The notes below the pieces were generated by a model. That model was not told the origin of the DNA, did no database searches, and saw only the letters and a program-made list of their open reading frames with translations. This document shows, one piece after another, positions 18,938 through 29,086 of a DNA stretch of 64,000 bases. How positions within the stretch are numbered: position 1 is the first letter of the stretch; every line of letters starts with the position of its first letter. Location of the stretch: the IMG/VR virus record IMGVR_UViG_3300044641_007115, positions 1 to 64,000 of that record; one strand, written 5' to 3'. The translations under genes were made by a program, and so were the position numbers.

Positions 18938-19393
18938 TTATGGTATCACGATGAGTGGTTCTGGCGTTTCTGAGAGGCGCAACCCGGTCGCACAATACGA
19001 TTTGCCGGAACGATAGATCGCTCCCGCCGGACTGATTTTCGAACGCCGGGTTGCAATGTAGTTCAGCGCGGCATCGAAGTTCTGAAAATGCCCGGCCTTC
19101 ACCAGATAGCATGCTGTAATCATCGGCGACCGGCTGATCCCGGCGGCACAGTGGATCAACACGCGCTGTCCCGCACGGATTCCGTCATGGATCAAGGACA
19201 CGGCCCGGTGGATGATTTTGTTGTCAACGGCCAAACCATCGTGGAAACCGACTTGCCAACTATCTGCACATTTGTGCTTCAGTTCGTATTCGTTGCATAC
19301 GGCAATCGCGCGGTCGATGCGTTCTCCCAACTGTGGGTCGGTGGCATCAGCAAGATCGCCCAAAAACAACTTATCGAAAATGATAGAATCCAT
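18938..19393 (-). CDS. Dual-specificity protein phosphatase
   Basis: VLIHCAAGISRS P-loop (HCX5R) and upstream FHD acid loop. Confidence 0.9.
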   Translation of the reverse strand: MDSIIFDKLFLGDLADATDPQLGERIDRAIAVCNEYELKHKCADSWQVGFHDGLAVDNKIIHRAVSLIHDGIRAGQRVLIHCAAGISRSPMITACYLVKAGHFQNFDAALNYIATRRSKISPAGAIYRSGKSYCATGLRLSETPEPLIVIP

Positions 19394-20625
19394 TACGGGT
19401 ACGCCTCAAATACGGAGTCCTTGACCAGTTCGAGCACCGTCACATATTGCTTTTGGTCTACCTTGTGTCGAATGCCGGAAATCAAAAACTTCCCTCTGTA
19501 GTGTTTATCGACCATCTGTTGATTGTTTTGCGGTGGCTCTGGCGACGGCATCTCAAATTTCACAACATCGCCTACTTTCAGATTGCTGTTGCCGGGCACG
19601 CTCACGCTCAACTTGATGTTCTGTAGCTGTTGTAATTGTGACACACGATCCAACAGCCAACGGTCCACTTGGTTCACGAAGGGAGCGACGCCGGTGCTGT
19701 ACATCTTGAACTTGTTCGCTTTGTTGTGCAAGTCTGACCGGGAGTTCGAGTACAGTTTGTTGCCGGGATACAGGTGTTTGTGCTTGTCGAAATTCGCCGT
19801 GTAGTCCCATGTGAAGCGTTCCCACTTCTTCCGCACATGGCTGTGTGTGATGAGTTCGGAAGCATACATGCCTTGCTCTTGATTCTCTCGAACGTCGCTG
19901 TAGAAATCGACCGTGTAGGCTTGGATGGCTTCCATGTCTTGATTGATCGTCCGGGCGTGATGCGTCCCCGATTCCCTGACGTTGGCCGGTTGATAGATGA
20001 TGTCTTGTACCGGTCCCTTCTCCAGACACTTTTCAATGGGAATCCAATAGAACTTGTCGAAGGTCTGATAGTAGAGATAGTTCGCGCCGTTGTAGCTCGA
20101 AGGATTGGCGCGCGTAGACAACCACTGAATCCCTTGGATCGGGTGGAGATTCGGGATTATGATGTGATGGATGTACTTCGATGGTTCAATCTCGATAGCG
20201 CCGCCGCCAAGCCATGTGTTGTGTAAGTCGGCTACGATCTCATGGATTTGCTTGCTCTTGTATGATTTGCTGACACGGACCTTGTAGTTCTTCCATGCCT
20301 CATCCGCACAGAAATTGAGGATGTATGCCAAGTTTCGATCTTTGCCAAGGTGCCGGTCGGTCGCGCTGTAGACACGAAATTGTTTCGTCAATAGTCCTTT
20401 GCCGGGCGTTTCAAGTCCGATGGTCAGGGTTTCAAATCCGAAGATCGGAAAGTTCGCCAGCCGGTTCTGTGTGTCGGAAATGAGCACGGTACCGCTCATC
20501 GTCGGGGACCAGATGTCTTCGAAGATATTGAGTTCGTGGTAGATGTAGCGAATATCCCAAATCTCACCCGTGCAAAGCGTCAGGGTCAGTTCTTTGAGGT
20601 TATAATCCTTCGGGAAATCGGCCAT
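19393..20625 (-). CDS. Baseplate hub protein (T4 gp27-like)
   Basis: LNIFEDIWSPTMSG..LISD; C-terminal VPGNSNLKVGD...GKFLISGIRH...LVKDS; follows gp53. Confidence 0.7.
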   Translation of the reverse strand: MADFPKDYNLKELTLTLCTGEIWDIRYIYHELNIFEDIWSPTMSGTVLISDTQNRLANFPIFGFETLTIGLETPGKGLLTKQFRVYSATDRHLGKDRNLAYILNFCADEAWKNYKVRVSKSYKSKQIHEIVADLHNTWLGGGAIEIEPSKYIHHIIIPNLHPIQGIQWLSTRANPSSYNGANYLYYQTFDKFYWIPIEKCLEKGPVQDIIYQPANVRESGTHHARTINQDMEAIQAYTVDFYSDVRENQEQGMYASELITHSHVRKKWERFTWDYTANFDKHKHLYPGNKLYSNSRSDLHNKANKFKMYSTGVAPFVNQVDRWLLDRVSQLQQLQNIKLSVSVPGNSNLKVGDVVKFEMPSPEPPQNNQQMVDKHYRGKFLISGIRHKVDQKQYVTVLELVKDSVFEAYP

Positions 20626-20626
20626 T

Positions 20627-21181
20627 TTACACCAACTTGTTTTCCTTCATGAGCCGGATCAACTGGTCTTCCAGCATCGGCGTATGTTTCTTGTCGATCA
20701 ATCGAATGTTCCGCTTCGCGTCGTTCTCTGCCACCAAGAAATCATATAGTGTCACCCGCTTGCGTTCGTTCACCGGGGTACGGACAAACGTGTCGTAGTC
20801 GATCTGGACGCCGTGGATGTCTTCGTAGTGATGAAGGGTCTGATAGGTATAAATCAGACCGTCTTGCTGTGGCGTGGTGTATTGCGCCCGAATGTATGCG
20901 ATGAAATCTTCATAGGACAGCGGCCAGTCGGTGTACGGGTTGATGATGTCATTCGCCAGAAGAACGATCCAGTGATACCCGGTCCAGCCGTAATAGCGAT
21001 GGGCTATGTCTTCGATCCGTTCGCCATCCTTGACGGAGTACTCATACATTTCGAGCATTTCCGTCTTGATGACATCGCGGATCTTCACCCGCTGAAGGAT
21101 GTTCACCGTCGCCCGAAGGTTGTTGTCGTCCAACATGTCGTATTGGACAAACGGAATCGTTGAAAAGAAAGGAGTCGGCAT
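20627..21181 (-). CDS. gp53: Baseplate wedge subunit
   Basis: FF..IP...Y; LysM-like Y.VKDGERIEDIAHRYYG; HHYE; END.KRNIRLI. Confidence 0.85.
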   Translation of the reverse strand: MPTPFFSTIPFVQYDMLDDNNLRATVNILQRVKIRDVIKTEMLEMYEYSVKDGERIEDIAHRYYGWTGYHWIVLLANDIINPYTDWPLSYEDFIAYIRAQYTTPQQDGLIYTYQTLHHYEDIHGVQIDYDTFVRTPVNERKRVTLYDFLVAENDAKRNIRLIDKKHTPMLEDQLIRLMKENKLV

Positions 21182-21230
21182 CGCTTCTGGTATTTACCTA
21201 CGACCCCGGAACCGCCCATAAATAACCTAT

Positions 21231-21671
21231 GTGCCGTGGCAAGGACAGTTTCGACCCAAGAATCCGGGCAAATACGTTGGCGACGTAAACGCCATCTACT
21301 ACCGCTCATCGCTGGAATACCGGCTGATGAAGCATCTTGACGCTCACCCGGATGTCCTGCATTGGAATTCGGAAGAAGTGGTCGTCCCGTATGTAAAGCC
21401 GACCGATAATCGCATCCACCGATATTTCGTGGACATGGTGGCACAGGTCAAAAGGCAAGACGGTCAGATCAAAACCTACTTGATCGAAGTCAAACCCTAC
21501 GACCAGTGTTTCCCGCCCAAGCAACCGAAGACGCGCAAACAGAGCGCCCGGTACTTAGGCGAAATGGCTACCTATGCTGTCAATCAGGCGAAGTGGAACG
21601 CCGCCAAAGAATTTTGCAAGAAACAGGGTTGGGAATTCACTGTGATGACCGACCGGGAGTTGAGATACTAG
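21231..21671 (+). CDS. gp4: Head completion protein (TnsA-like nuclease fold)
   Basis: F.PKNP.KY.GD...I.YRSS.E; W.SEE..VPY; LIEVKP..Q; NQAKW.AA. Confidence 0.9.
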   Translation: MPWQGQFRPKNPGKYVGDVNAIYYRSSLEYRLMKHLDAHPDVLHWNSEEVVVPYVKPTDNRIHRYFVDMVAQVKRQDGQIKTYLIEVKPYDQCFPPKQPKTRKQSARYLGEMATYAVNQAKWNAAKEFCKKQGWEFTVMTDRELRY

Positions 21672-21672
21672 G

Positions 21673-22839
21673 ATGCCGCGTAAACCGAGTAGCGACATCA
21701 CACAGATTGTCAAGGACAAGGCGAAGAAATCTACGCCGAAGGCCAACGTGTCTGTGAAACCGGAACCCGCGCCGAAGATCCGTCTTCCGAAGGGGACGCC
21801 GGATGATGTTCGGGCAATTGTCAAGAAGTATCTTGAACCGTCCCCGAAGAAAGTTTCGCGCGCGGATGTTCTGAAGGACATTCAGAAGATCGTCAAGTCG
21901 TTTGCCAAAAAGACTCCCGGCCAAGAGAAGGCGAAGGTTCCACCGGCACCGAAAGCAACGACGCGACCCAAGGCAACCCCGCCGCCACCACCCGCACCGG
22001 AACCGCCCAAACCGACCCCACCGTCTCCGAAAGACGACGTTCGAGCTATCGTCAAGTCCAAGGCGAAGAAAGCCGCGACCATGCATGTCGCACCGCCGAA
22101 GACGAAACCAAAAGCCAAGCCCGTTCCGCCATCCCCGGCGAAGCCAAGCCCGGCGGCGGATATCGCGAAGGCCAAGACCAAGAAGACCAGCGTACCGGAT
22201 CTTCACCCGCGCATCTATCCAACCGATGATCGTCCGCTGACGTTCTTCGACAAGGTGAAGAATCGCATGCGCCGGGAAGGAATTCCGTTGCTGACGAAGA
22301 AGGCCCGCGCTTGGATGAAACAAACATTGACCAATATGCGGACACCAAGCCGCAAAGGGTTGGTGAACAACGGAGAAACACTAGCCGATGTTTTGATCGG
22401 CAACATGTTCTTCTTCTTCTACGACGCCAAGCACAAGAAGACGCTTCCGTATTGGGACCGTTTTCCGATGATCTTTCCTTTGGAACTGTACGACGATGGT
22501 TTCCTTGGGATCAACCTACACTACTTGGATCGGACACTTCGTTTGAGGCTGTTCGACAAGTTGATGCAATTCAAGAACAACGACCGGTACGATGACTCCA
22601 CGAAGTTGAAGTTGAGCTATGCTTTGTTGTCTTCCGTCGCCAAGTTCCCCGAAGTGCGACCGTGCGTGAAGCGGTATTTGTCCAGCCACGTGCGTTCGCA
22701 GTTCTTGCGTGTTCATCCATCAGAGTGGGAAATCGCTCTGTTCTTACCCGTGGAAATGTTCCAGAAACAGAGTGCGGATTATGTGTGGTCAGATTCACGT
22801 CGCAAGATCCGCTCATTCACCAAGAAGAAGAGGAAATAG
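21673..22839 (+). CDS. gp2: DNA end protector protein with long Pro/Lys-rich N-terminal extension
   Basis: C-terminal G.M.FF.YDAKHK.TLPYWDRFP...GFLGINLHYL...KRYL..HV.S.F. Confidence 0.85.
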   Translation: MPRKPSSDITQIVKDKAKKSTPKANVSVKPEPAPKIRLPKGTPDDVRAIVKKYLEPSPKKVSRADVLKDIQKIVKSFAKKTPGQEKAKVPPAPKATTRPKATPPPPPAPEPPKPTPPSPKDDVRAIVKSKAKKAATMHVAPPKTKPKAKPVPPSPAKPSPAADIAKAKTKKTSVPDLHPRIYPTDDRPLTFFDKVKNRMRREGIPLLTKKARAWMKQTLTNMRTPSRKGLVNNGETLADVLIGNMFFFFYDAKHKKTLPYWDRFPMIFPLELYDDGFLGINLHYLDRTLRLRLFDKLMQFKNNDRYDDSTKLKLSYALLSSVAKFPEVRPCVKRYLSSHVRSQFLRVHPSEWEIALFLPVEMFQKQSADYVWSDSRRKIRSFTKKKRK

Positions 22840-22842
22840 ATT

Positions 22843-23712
22843 ATGTCATTCACCCTACCGCGTGTCGGAGATATTCCGCGTCTTGGGTTACCGCCCTTGC
22901 CGCCATTTCAGCCGATTGCGATCAGTTCGATTCCGCCGCGCCTGACAAACTTCGAAGCGTTCGTTAACAACTCTCCGCGTCTGGTGTTGGATCATCCAAA
23001 CTACGCAAACATCACCAATTTCACCGCAACGATGTTTGCCAGCAACGTGTTTGCCCGGCCCAATCGGTTTCGGGTAGAAGTAGCGACACTCAATCTATTT
23101 CAAAATTTGGACCGCACTATCGGCCCGCCCGGATACGACCAGAATTGGGCACAGTGGTTCGGTGCCAAAGACGCTATCGAAACCGGCAACCGGCTGATGT
23201 TCTATTGTTTCAATGCCGAAATCCCCGGCGTGTCTTATCAGACCGACGACAACCGCATCTATGGCGCACAGTTCAAGGTTCCATACATGCCGCAATACAA
23301 CGACATCGATCTTGAATTCTATGTCGGGGACGACATGTTCGAGCGGTGGTTCTTCGAGGGATGGATGCATTCCATCATGGACCCACAGACGCAAGACTTC
23401 AACTACATCGGCGAATTTTCAACCGGCATCACGATCACTCAAATGGATCTGAACGATCAAGACGTGTACACTTGTACGCTACTCGAAGCGTTCCCCATTG
23501 CAATCAATCAGATGGATCTGAATTGGGACACCCAAAATGAAATCCATCGGGTGTCGGTGACATTCACCTACAAGCGGGTATTGACCGTGGATCTGGACGA
23601 ACGCACTCTCAGTGTCAACAATGATGCTGGTCGCGGCAACCGCGAACGTTTCCGTGAAACAGTGATTACACCGGCTCAGCGTCAGGCACAACAAAACCAA
23701 CCCCGGTCCTAA
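22843..23712 (+). CDS. gp54: Baseplate tail-tube initiator / tube-like protein
   Basis: ARPNRF; C..AE.PG; ER.FFE.W; AFP..I....L.W; VTF.Y. Confidence 0.7.
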   Translation: MSFTLPRVGDIPRLGLPPLPPFQPIAISSIPPRLTNFEAFVNNSPRLVLDHPNYANITNFTATMFASNVFARPNRFRVEVATLNLFQNLDRTIGPPGYDQNWAQWFGAKDAIETGNRLMFYCFNAEIPGVSYQTDDNRIYGAQFKVPYMPQYNDIDLEFYVGDDMFERWFFEGWMHSIMDPQTQDFNYIGEFSTGITITQMDLNDQDVYTCTLLEAFPIAINQMDLNWDTQNEIHRVSVTFTYKRVLTVDLDERTLSVNNDAGRGNRERFRETVITPAQRQAQQNQPRS

Positions 23713-23768
23713 TCTTTCGCGCGCACATCTCCGGGTGGGCGCGCGATTTGCCTACTAAGTAATTGCTG

Positions 23769-24539
23769 ATGAGCAACCTTCCATTACTCAAAACGCCGGA
23801 ATATGAATTGACTATTCCTTCTTCCGGCCAGCGGGCGGCGTTCCGTCCATTTCTAGTCCGGGAAGAAAAGATCCTCTTGATGGCTATGCAGAGCGAAGAT
23901 GAGAAACAAGTCATCCGCGCTGTTGAAGACATCATCAAGTCGTGTCTGATCGGAACCATTGATCTCAGCAAGTTGTCGATGTTCGACATCGAATACATCT
24001 TCCTGAAGATCCGCTCCAAGTCCATCGGCGAAATCGTCGAAATGCGGTATCAGTGCCAGCGGGAAATCCCGAAGACCGTGCGCGACGAACACACCGGCGA
24101 AACACAGGTGGTCAACCGCCCGTGTGGTACGAATGTGCCGATCAAAATCCATCTGGATGAAGTGAAAGTGGACAAGGACCCGAACCATACCACTCAAATC
24201 AAATTGACTGATGAAGTCGGGTTGACTATGCGATATCCCAACCTTTCGTTGGCCCGCAAATTGCAAACCGAAGGCCGGAATACAGAAGATGTTGGTCAGG
24301 CACTCGATTTGATCGCGGCCTGTATCGAATCGGTCTTCGACGCCGATCAGGTCATCACGGAGTTCAACCAAGCTGAAATGGTCAAATGGTTGGAAACTCT
24401 GACGCAGCAACAGTTTGCCGAAATTCAGAAGTTCTTCGACACGATCCCGCGCCTTCGCCACACGGTCCACTTCCAGTGCCCGGCATGTGGACATGAGCAA
24501 GACATCGTGATCGAAGGCATTCAAAATTTTTTCGGATAG
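23769..24539 (+). CDS. gp26: Baseplate hub subunit
   Basis: LP....P.YEL.IPS.G....FRPFLV.EEKILLMA; FD.EYIFL.IRSKS.GE; C..CGH....IEG..NFF. Confidence 0.9.
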   Translation: MSNLPLLKTPEYELTIPSSGQRAAFRPFLVREEKILLMAMQSEDEKQVIRAVEDIIKSCLIGTIDLSKLSMFDIEYIFLKIRSKSIGEIVEMRYQCQREIPKTVRDEHTGETQVVNRPCGTNVPIKIHLDEVKVDKDPNHTTQIKLTDEVGLTMRYPNLSLARKLQTEGRNTEDVGQALDLIAACIESVFDADQVITEFNQAEMVKWLETLTQQQFAEIQKFFDTIPRLRHTVHFQCPACGHEQDIVIEGIQNFFG

Positions 24540-24544
24540 TCCTG

Positions 24545-24736
24545 TTGCACAATTCCCTAGCGAACTACTACGAAGTACAGTTCGCCTTGGCTCAACACCA
24601 TAAATACTCGATTACGGAAATCGAATCCTTGATGCCGTGGGAGCGGGACATATACGTGACCATGCTGAACAATTGGGTCAAGGAAGAGCAAGAAAGGATG
24701 CGTTCCGAACAGGCACGCCAAAAAACGGGTAGGTGA
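24545..24736 (+). CDS. gp51: Baseplate hub assembly protein gp51-like (possibly made as a frameshift extension of gp26)
   Basis: L.NYY...FAL.QHHKYS.TE.E.L.PWER.IY; no ATG or SD, only TTG. Confidence 0.8.
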   Translation: MHNSLANYYEVQFALAQHHKYSITEIESLMPWERDIYVTMLNNWVKEEQERMRSEQARQKTGR

Positions 24737-24742
24737 AGAGCT

Positions 24743-24970
24743 ATGAAATGGTGGATTGATTTTGTACATGGATTCAACACTCCAGCGGGCAATTTGGTTG
24801 CCTGTCTGGTTCTGGTCCTTTTTCTGACCCCATTCCTGATTCAAAACAATCCGAAAGCGTGGGAAGCGTTGACATTCATCTTGGGAGTAATCGGTGGTCT
24901 GGTTCGGGGTGCAAATACGAACTCTGAACCGCCACCGCCCGCCCCGAAGCAACAGGATGAAGAAGAGTAA
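24743..24970 (+). CDS. Two-TM small membrane protein (holin-like?)
   Basis: Two hydrophobic helices, charged/proline-rich C-tail. Confidence 0.45.
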   Translation: MKWWIDFVHGFNTPAGNLVACLVLVLFLTPFLIQNNPKAWEALTFILGVIGGLVRGANTNSEPPPPAPKQQDEEE

Positions 24971-24973
24971 AGA

Positions 24974-27900
24974 ATGTCCAAGTTCCAAGATTTTGTCGTT
25001 GGGTTGAACGAATCCGCCGGTATCACCCCGGCGGGCGCTATTCTTTTGTCGCAATTCGGAGCCGACGAAAAGAACAAAGCTATCAGTTCCATCAAATCTC
25101 AAGTTCGTGGCGCATTTCAGGGTATTCGTTCTATCGTCGGAAAACGAGAACCCGGTAATGACGACGCGGCTCAAGCCGTTGCGTATGCACGCCGGGCATC
25201 CCGTGTGCGCGGTACCGCCGAAAACTTTCTGATGATGCAGACCGGTCTTCTCCGGTCGGTATCAAAGAACATCAGCACGATGAATGATTGGATGGCGTCT
25301 CTGTACAAACAGATGGCGTCACCGTCCGCCCCTGCAACTCCGACAAAAACCACCCCAACAACCGCCCGCCGGACGCCTATGCGCGATCCAATCACGGGGC
25401 GGTTTGTCGCACGTGAACTAACCGCATGGGAGCGGATCGCTAAGTCATTCGAATCTTTCCGGGCAAACATGAAGCCTGTCGCTTCGACTGCCCCGGTTCC
25501 ACTTCAGCGCGATCCGAAAACCGGACGGTTCCTTCCGCGCACAGCGGAACAGACACCAAACACATGGATGAATATCACTGACGTGCTCATGAAGCCGCTC
25601 AAGGGTATTCGTGTGTCTCTTCAGGAAATCCAAAAGAAACAGATCCAACCGTTGTTGGATAAGGGCATTCGTTTGCGGGACAAAGGCAAAGACTTTGCGG
25701 AGTCCATGCGCAAAATGATGTCGCCTTCCGAATGGTCGAAGAGACTGCAATCAGTTTTGACCAAGCCATTCCAGCCGCTCATCAGTATATTTCGGCGATC
25801 AGGTGCGACTACACAGGTCACACCTGAAGGAACCACGTCGGCACCGAACGTATTCACCGAAGAAACGAAGAAGACCGGCGGCTTATTGAGCCGCATGACG
25901 AATTTCATGGAGAGTGTCCGGGACACTTTCAATGATCTCCCCGGCGTCGGTGCGGTCACATCTCTGATGGTCATGAAAGTGACCAAGGCACAAACTGAAG
26001 AGCTAGTGAAGATTCGCGAAATCCTTGAGCGAACCTTCAAACTCGAACAATCAGCGGAAGCCCGCGCCGAACGTGCGGAAGATGCCAAAGAAGAAACTTC
26101 ATTTGAAAGCCGGGCCGGACAAGCCCGCGTCATGCCGACATTCGACAAACTGAAAAAAGAAAAGGGTGGCGGTGGATGGTTCGGCGGACTCATACAAACC
26201 ATCTTGGGTGAATTGGTTGAAGGTGCAATGCTTCGCTATGGCCTCAAAGGTCTTGGTGGAAAACTCCTGTCAAAGTTCCCGGTCTTAGGTAAGATCGGTG
26301 ACCTATTCAAAAAGATTCCCGGTGTCGGAAAGCTGTTGGGCATGTTCAAAGGTGGCGGTGCGGCGGCGGGTGGCGTTGGAATTCTTGCCAAACTAGGCGG
26401 CATTGGCGAATGGCTCAGCGGTCTGACCAAAGTTTTTACGAAGATCCCCGGCCTTGGCAAGCTGCTAGGACTAGGCAAAGGTGTGCTTGGCAAACTGGCT
26501 TGGCCGCTCACCGTCATCATGGCTATTTTCGACTTCTTCAGCGGATGGAAAGACGCGGGAAAGGTTCTTGGTAAAGCCGAAGATCAGTTGACAATGATGG
26601 ACCGCCTTGGCGCGGGCGTCGGAAGTATTCTTGGCGGTCTGGTCGGGATTCTCGATAGTGTCCTTGGATTGTTCGGAATCAAAACCGACATGGGTGGTTT
26701 CGTCAAGAAGTGGTACGCGAAAATCTATTCAACCATCGCCAACTTCCTTGTCGATTCCATCATGAAACCATTCACAGCGCTTGGTGAACAAATTGCCAAG
26801 GTGTTTGGTTTCCGCTCATTGCAAAGCGCACTTGACTTCGTTCAGTTCAAATTGGACAAGGGCACGAAGTTCATCAAAGAAGCCTTCACCAAAATGGCGA
26901 CGACCGTTGGTGAATACATCGACGGATTGAAGAAGCGGGCTATCGAGGGCATCAAGAGCATTGGTGCGGCCATCGGCGACTTCTTCACGAAGACAATCAA
27001 TTGGGCAACCGAAGGCGTCAAAAATCTGGCCGGTGCTATCGGCGAAAAATTCGTCGGTATCGGCGACAGCGTGGCGAAGTATCTTGGATTCGACAGCATG
27101 AAGTATGCCTACGAATCGTTGCGGGATAAGATCACAGGCGTCTTCTCTGGCATCGGTGCTGGCGTCGCTAAGCTGTTAGGATTCGAAAACTTCGATGCGT
27201 TAGTGGATCGCGTCATGGCATTGAAGGATATGATCCTCAAACCGTTCACCTACATTCAAGAAAAGATCGGTGGGTTTGTCAAGGGTCTTGGCAAGATTGC
27301 CGGATACTTGGGCTACAACGACAAAGAGTTTGCCGACTATGAAAAGAAGGTGAACGAAGACCGGGCGGCGAATGAACGCGCCCGTCAACAGAAAGCACAA
27401 CAGGCACGGGAAGCCGCTCAGCGGGCCGAACAGCGACCGAATGAACCCATTCAGGTTCCTACCACCCCGGCGTCTACACCGGCACCGGCGCTCGAAACAC
27501 AGAACTACGATCCGGCACTGGATACCAGCCGTCAAGTGGATATTCCCGCACCGACACGGATGCCCGCCGCTGGCGCGCCGCCCGTTTCTCAAACTCCAAC
27601 CACAGAAGGTCAAGGGTCAGAATGGGTGCGCCCACTCATGACTGGTGTGACATCCGACTTCGGTATGCGTAATCACCCGGTCACCGGTCAGGAAGCCAAA
27701 ATGCACGAAGGTACCGACTACGCTGGCAAGATGGGTGATCCCGTCAAAGCGGCGGGAGACGGGGTTGTGCAATTGGCCTCTTCGCTTAGAGGGTATGGCA
27801 ACGTTGTCTATCTCAACCACAAGAACGGATATCAGACGCGCTATGCGCATTTGTCATCATTCGCCCCGCTCAGCATCGGTCAGGAAGTCAAAGCTGGTCA

Positions 27901-29086
27901 GGTGATCGGCGCGGTCGGCAATACCGGCATCGGTACCGGCCCACATCTACATTTCGAGGTTCGCAAGGGTTGGTCGTTGGCGAACAATCAGACCAAACCG
28001 GAGAACCCGGAAATCTTCTTCCGGTCACAACAAGAGACACAAGAACAGGATCACTCACAGCGGCCCTCAGCGGTCCCTGTACAGCGTCCGCCACGTGATC
28101 CTGATGTGATGACTGGATGGAAACGTCCGAACCCTGTAGCGTCCGCTATCAGTACCGGCATCGGTCGTATAGCGGATACCGTCCTATCCAAAATTCCACG
28201 CGGTTCAACCCGTCCTGTCGTCCCGCCGCGTGATCCGTCGATGCGGACACCGGGACCGGGTGGACCGGGAAGCGGCGGAATCAACTACCGCCCCGGACAA
28301 GTTCCGCCTGAAATCGCGGAAATGGCCGTCAAGATGGAAAAGGAAACCGGCATCCCGGCGGCGGTCACTATCGCACAGTGGGCAACGGAAAGCGGTTGGG
28401 GACAGAAAGGCATCGGCAACAATGTCTTCGGTATGACCAAAGCGCGCCGCCACACCAAGAGCCAAACGAAGAGCACAACCGAAGACATCACCTACGATCA
28501 GTTGATGAAGTTCAGCCCGGCGGAACGGGCATCTGTTCGCACGCTGGACGGACAGCCGATCAATGGTCCGTGGCAAGGCAAGATGAAAGTCAAAATGGAT
28601 CGGGAGTTCGCAGACTTCGATACACTCGAAGACGCATTCCGGGACCATGCCCGTTTGTTGTCTGCCAACACGGGACCGTACAAGACAGCGTTCGACCGGT
28701 ATAAGATGACCGGCGATGTTCAGGGATTCATCCGCGACATCGCACCGACCTACGCTACCGACCGAAACTACAGCAATGTGATTGGCCGCATCGCCGGTCA
28801 GCGGAATGTCATGGATGCGATTGGCAGTTCACGCAATGCCTTGGGCGTCGCGCCGCCGCCGGTCACCGTGGCACAAGCTCCGACGATGGGACGGGACATC
28901 ATGCGAACCTCAGCGGAAAATGCACAGATGGCCCGCTCATTGGCACAACAGGCACAAGGCGGCACACTGAATGTTGCTCCGGTGAACGTCAATCAGAACA
29001 CCACCAGCATCGTGGCGGATCTGAAGGCGCGCAACACAGAGAACACCCACAAGCGCATCATGGACCGGGAATACTACCGGACCTAA
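24974..29086 (+). CDS. Tape-measure-like protein with M23 peptidase and GH73 glucosaminidase domains
   Basis: Long Gly/Ala helical repeats; HEGTD...YGN...H.NGYQTRYAHL (M23); AQWATESGWG..NNVFG and YATD (GH73). Confidence 0.8.
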   Translation: MSKFQDFVVGLNESAGITPAGAILLSQFGADEKNKAISSIKSQVRGAFQGIRSIVGKREPGNDDAAQAVAYARRASRVRGTAENFLMMQTGLLRSVSKNISTMNDWMASLYKQMASPSAPATPTKTTPTTARRTPMRDPITGRFVARELTAWERIAKSFESFRANMKPVASTAPVPLQRDPKTGRFLPRTAEQTPNTWMNITDVLMKPLKGIRVSLQEIQKKQIQPLLDKGIRLRDKGKDFAESMRKMMSPSEWSKRLQSVLTKPFQPLISIFRRSGATTQVTPEGTTSAPNVFTEETKKTGGLLSRMTNFMESVRDTFNDLPGVGAVTSLMVMKVTKAQTEELVKIREILERTFKLEQSAEARAERAEDAKEETSFESRAGQARVMPTFDKLKKEKGGGGWFGGLIQTILGELVEGAMLRYGLKGLGGKLLSKFPVLGKIGDLFKKIPGVGKLLGMFKGGGAAAGGVGILAKLGGIGEWLSGLTKVFTKIPGLGKLLGLGKGVLGKLAWPLTVIMAIFDFFSGWKDAGKVLGKAEDQLTMMDRLGAGVGSILGGLVGILDSVLGLFGIKTDMGGFVKKWYAKIYSTIANFLVDSIMKPFTALGEQIAKVFGFRSLQSALDFVQFKLDKGTKFIKEAFTKMATTVGEYIDGLKKRAIEGIKSIGAAIGDFFTKTINWATEGVKNLAGAIGEKFVGIGDSVAKYLGFDSMKYAYESLRDKITGVFSGIGAGVAKLLGFENFDALVDRVMALKDMILKPFTYIQEKIGGFVKGLGKIAGYLGYNDKEFADYEKKVNEDRAANERARQQKAQQAREAAQRAEQRPNEPIQVPTTPASTPAPALETQNYDPALDTSRQVDIPAPTRMPAAGAPPVSQTPTTEGQGSEWVRPLMTGVTSDFGMRNHPVTGQEAKMHEGTDYAGKMGDPVKAAGDGVVQLASSLRGYGNVVYLNHKNGYQTRYAHLSSFAPLSIGQEVKAGQVIGAVGNTGIGTGPHLHFEVRKGWSLANNQTKPENPEIFFRSQQETQEQDHSQRPSAVPVQRPPRDPDVMTGWKRPNPVASAISTGIGRIADTVLSKIPRGSTRPVVPPRDPSMRTPGPGGPGSGGINYRPGQVPPEIAEMAVKMEKETGIPAAVTIAQWATESGWGQKGIGNNVFGMTKARRHTKSQTKSTTEDITYDQLMKFSPAERASVRTLDGQPINGPWQGKMKVKMDREFADFDTLEDAFRDHARLLSANTGPYKTAFDRYKMTGDVQGFIRDIAPTYATDRNYSNVIGRIAGQRNVMDAIGSSRNALGVAPPPVTVAQAPTMGRDIMRTSAENAQMARSLAQQAQGGTLNVAPVNVNQNTTSIVADLKARNTENTHKRIMDREYYRT

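Noticed and set aside
24600-24606. Late promoter motif inside gp51
   Set aside because: No start codon 5-9 nt downstream; explained by His-Lys-Tyr codons
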